Source: Zygnema circumcarinatum SAG 698-1b
Lineage: Eukaryota; Plantae; Zygnematophyceae
NCBI GenBank assembly: GCA_037447605.1
Contig: CM074818.1
Span: 1-64,000, forward strand
Length of the DNA stretch: 64,000 bases
Direction of reading: 5' to 3'
This document shows, in pieces, positions 60,501 to 64,000 of this stretch (within the stretch, counting starts at the first letter, position 1; each line of letters begins with the position of its first letter). The notes under the pieces are model-generated. The model worked only from the letters and a program-made list of their open reading frames with translations, made no database searches and was not told where the DNA came from. A program made the position numbers and the translations under genes.

Positions 60501-62343
60501 CAACCAGAGTACCTGAGGGCACATTCAAGAGGGAAGATAGAGGTTCAGCACTTCCTTCATCTTTCCTGCTGGGATCCACTTGCATGCCGCTAAGGTGGTG
60601 TAGATATGAGAGAATGCATATCACCTATGTTGTATCTTCCTTTTAGCTGTTATGAAAGCATAGCCCCGAGTTTGATTTAATAGTTTCTCGCTCCCTCGTC
60701 ACCTCAAACCCCACTCCATCTTTCCACCCTCCCCTAGTCCCCTTCCCCCCTCCTTCAACTCTCCCTCCGCTATCGTCCTCGTGAAAATAATGCATTTTGC
60801 ATACTGCACAGTTAAGTGCTCAGTGCCAAGCGCGGAATATATCGTGGAAAGAAACGTCTCACCTCCAACAGTTAGAACAGCAAGCGTCATCCAGAAGCTT
60901 CCGTAGATCAGTGCCACCACCAGTGAGAAAGCAGCAAATCCCAAACCCGCGATTATGATGTTGAAAAAGAATGCCAACAAGATAAAAGCCACCTGCAGGA
61001 GACAAACACTGGAACAGTGGTTAGCAACCGAATTGGACTTATACATAATATCTCTGGCATATTAGTGAAGAGCATTCCAAACAAACAGAAATGCACAACT
61101 AAGTTGGCATCACAAGGTAAACCACTCGGCCTTAAAGCAGGCACGACCTTTCTCCATTTATATACACGTTTTATTTTTTCAACTGAAGGAAATCGCCAAA
61201 GAGTAAGGATAGCACTGAAAACAGATAAAGATGGGCAGAAATCTCCCATAGCATGTTTGCTTGCTGCTATAACAAGGTATTGCTTCCACGAAGAGTCTAA
61301 AACCGAAGTAGAAGTACAGTAGGTAACATCAACCACCTGTGAGAGGGAGAGGAGATCCTCTAACCATTTGAGAGGCATGAAAGGACAAATAATCCATAGC
61401 AGAAAGGTTAAGGTGTATACAAAGCCAAGCTGTCAAGAGTGGTTTGCAAGTGAGAGAAAGCTGGAAAGTACAGCAAAGTGAACGTCGAAAGATATCAGGC
61501 TGAGTTGAGAATCGATACATAAAGTTGCAGAGGAGAAAGAAGAAGAAAGTATCTTCAAAATGGGAACCCAGCTTGGCTTTGTGAACCCTAATTTTGTTTG
61601 AACGGAGGCACAGAGAGACGCATGCGCATTTGGGAAAGTACATCCGAGGGGAAAGGAATAAGGGCGAAAATCCGCACGAGCATAAGATGGAAGAGCAGTG
61701 GGATGGCAACTAGAGCGTGAGTGATAAATAGAGACAGTTTTAAACAACGCGAGAGGGTGTGCTCGCGAGACGCTAAAACACTGAGAGGGAGGGACAGGAT
61801 TAAAAGGAATGAGGAAGATGGGTTGATGAAACAAGGTAAAAAGTGCCCATTGCTCCCTCTCATCCTGCTCCCCCTTCTCTCTCCATCCTACGAGTTCAAC
61901 CCCTCTCCAATGACTCTCGCTTCGTTTCACGCGCCCTCCAAGAAACGTTAGAAACCTATCCCGGGAAAAAGAAGCGCGCTTACTGCTCCAATGGCGAATA
62001 TGGAGCCGCAGAGCATGGCCATGCTGGCCACAGTGCACCAAAGCAGCAAGAAGAAGGCGGCAGAGCCAACCCTAATCAGGGACTGCAAGCCCCTCTCCAT
62101 GCTCCTAGCCGCCATAAGTGCCAACGCCGCCACCAGGGCTGCTCCAAATTGCAACCAGGCCTTGGTGAGGGGCCACGCGGCAGCCACAAGGGGCAGGATG
62201 GCGTCCAGCCCCTGCAGAAGACGTGATCGGACGGCTGAAATTGCCTCCTCCACGACCACCTCCGCCCGACGGACGGTCGGACGACCTCCATAGCTCCTGC
62301 TGCTGCCTCCGCCGCCGCCACCGCTCTTGCTGGACCTCGCCAT
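57588..62343 (-). CDS. Membrane-anchored J-domain protein with C-terminal Jiv90-like Cys-rich domain (DNAJC14-like)
   Basis: Hydrophobic N-terminal exons; J domain DHYAVFGL...KREYRRK|AVLVHPDK...AFKRLQNAYE|VLLEESKRKEYDEEL; Jiv-like CCACGGNHVW, RWCQECKDYHPAKEGDGW, YEITEWVECQ and PNTHKPTF. Confidence 0.88.
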
Positions 62344-63350
62344 GACTGAAACCCTACAAACCCTAAAATGGCTCCTGCAACCCTGACAAAAGCGCCGACC
62401 CTCAAAAGTTCCTGACCTTACAATGACAGGAGCATGAGCCGTGCTTTTGGACAGTCCAAAAAAAGGAAGAAGGAACGGGAAGCGAAGCGTGGCCTACCCG
62501 GCAGCCATGAAACTCTAAAAACCCTAAAAACCCGCGAGGGCGCTCCTGCGCTCTTTTGAAAGGAAAGGGGTCGAGGCGGCCATGGACAGGAAGGGAGGGA
62601 GGGGGGAAGGGTGCCACGAAGCTTCCTCGAACTTGCGGATAAGGATGCATACAGTTCGTCAGACACGACAAAAAAAGTACCGCTCGTGTGAAATGTTGTC
62701 GTCACAAATGAAGTGTTTCGTCATTGCTGATGTCATCGGTGTGACGTGGCTGTTGTGTTAGCGCACGTCATGCGGCGTAAAACGGAGACATGGAACAGCG
62801 TCGCTGGAAGGCATACGAAGGGCGATAAGGCGACGACGATATGATGGCAGTGGGGCTTTGGCAGTGGCGATTTCGAGGGAAAAATGCTGAATTTAGGTCA
62901 TTGTGTTTGTTGTTAGTCGCAAAAAAGTTTCATAACTAAATCAAGGTTTAAGTTGAGCTTTGAGTGGAGATAAAACACCAATCATAATAAGAAATAAAGT
63001 GACAGATGGCAAAGACCAGCGCTCAGTCAGTCAGTGAAAACCCCATCAACCTGTTTGTTGAGGAGGAGAAGTTGTGTCACGACATGGAAGAAATTATTTG
63101 CTGGAGAAAGGGGTGTCTCCCATATCAAACTCTCTCGGGGCTTCGCCATCTGAGCTACGATAACTCCTACAGGACACTCCCTCTCCCTTTTCCCCTCCCG
63201 CTGCCTCTCCCGCTCCCGCTCCCCTCCCTTATCCGCCCCCACTCACTCTCTCTGCTCAAACGGCCTATCGTACAAGTCCTTCACGACCCATGACTATCTA
63301 CTCAGCGCATCCCAGCAACCAGTGAGGTGACTTCTTATTTCATTCAGTAC

Positions 63351-64000
63351 TTACACATTATTCGAACACAACTCGAGAAGTTGCTGTATGCTCTCTTTTG
63401 AATGGCCGGCTTCTATCGCCGTTCTCACAAAGAGCATGCGCCGCTCCTCCGCCTTCGCCGCCTGCTCCGCCTCCCATCGACGCTTCGCCTCCACTCGATC
63501 AGCCTCCAGCCGCGCCTCTTCTATTTCCTTCCATTTTCTCGCCTCTTCGCGAGCCGCAGCCAGCCGGATCTCTTCTTTCTCCCACTTCTCTTTCTCCCAA
63601 TCGAGGTTCTTTAAAAGAGCTTCCGCTTTTTTGCTCAAAGAATCCTCCAGCATGGCAGCCATCAACGTCTTGTTCTGCACATGTATACAAACTAGACATC
63701 GTAAACCTTGTGAAGGAGGGAGGTGGAGATTAAGTAAAGACGAGACGGACGACAAATACGATTGTCCACAAAGAACGGGATAGGAAGAAGTATTGGCATT
63801 CAAACTGTAAGGCTCTGCAGGTTAGGGTTTCAATTCAGCAACGGTGTACAAATCACAATGTAAGATATAAGGCTTTTGCATTATGTTGTACGGTTTAGGG
63901 GTGCGAGATTCAAGGTTCTTCATGAGCGTCACCTTTGAAGACCATTCCAGAATGCTTGCTTGCTTTGTGCGTCGCGTTTCCCTGTTCTCCGTTCCGCAGT
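63351..64000 (-). CDS. 3' end of a Harbinger ORF1-like coiled-coil protein gene (5' part off-window)
   Basis: Exon 64000-63933 (...RRTKQASILEWSSK) spliced in phase 0 to 63674-63351 (NKTLMAAMLEDSL...LDWEKEKWEKE...RRMLFVRTAIEAGHSKESIQQLLELCSNNV*); resembles the ORF1 C-terminus at 21502-24200. Confidence 0.6.

Noticed and set aside
63006-63293. Plus-strand ORF as a transposase partner for the second ORF1-like gene
   Set aside because: No DDE_Tnp_4 motifs (DGT, GDxxY, EH/ER-FG) in any frame I read.

Overview
Eukaryotic, intron-rich nuclear DNA from the streptophyte (plant) lineage. The gene set (Whirly, GATA26/27-type, RLCK-VI, plant-type GT61) and TTTAGGG/telo-box motifs support this; the species cannot be determined, though the very GA/CT-rich introns suggest a streptophyte alga. 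It is a scaffolded assembly with several 10-N gaps. I spliced the following host genes by eye: GATA+ASXH transcription factor (3' end off-window), a 4xCUE-DUF1771-Smr protein, Whirly, a 3'-truncated purple acid phosphatase, DCP2, an Sfp-type phosphopantetheinyl transferase, a NudC/BOBBER gene fragment, a USP-like-domain RLCK-VI kinase, tRNA-Ile(AAT), PTRHD1, ARPC3, a GT61 glycosyltransferase and a DNAJC14/Jiv90-type J protein. A 9.67-kb PIF/Harbinger element (17388-27061) has perfect 18-bp TIRs, a decayed DDE transposase and a nearly intact Myb/SANT-like ORF1. Its flanks do not fit together (a MITE end clipped on the left, a PAP gene cut off on the right), which suggests an adjacent deletion. 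A second ORF1-like gene with the same intron position enters at the right window edge without a visible transposase. A 2.49-kb near-identical tandem duplication across an N-gap is probably an assembly artefact. Most long ORFs in the supplied track (SLSL/ERER/PSPS) are translations of microsatellites. I found no convincing wholly new multi-gene system; the strongest leads are the Harbinger ORF1 paralog, the element-associated rearrangement and the Cue2-like Smr protein. Exon boundaries are manual and approximate unless stated.
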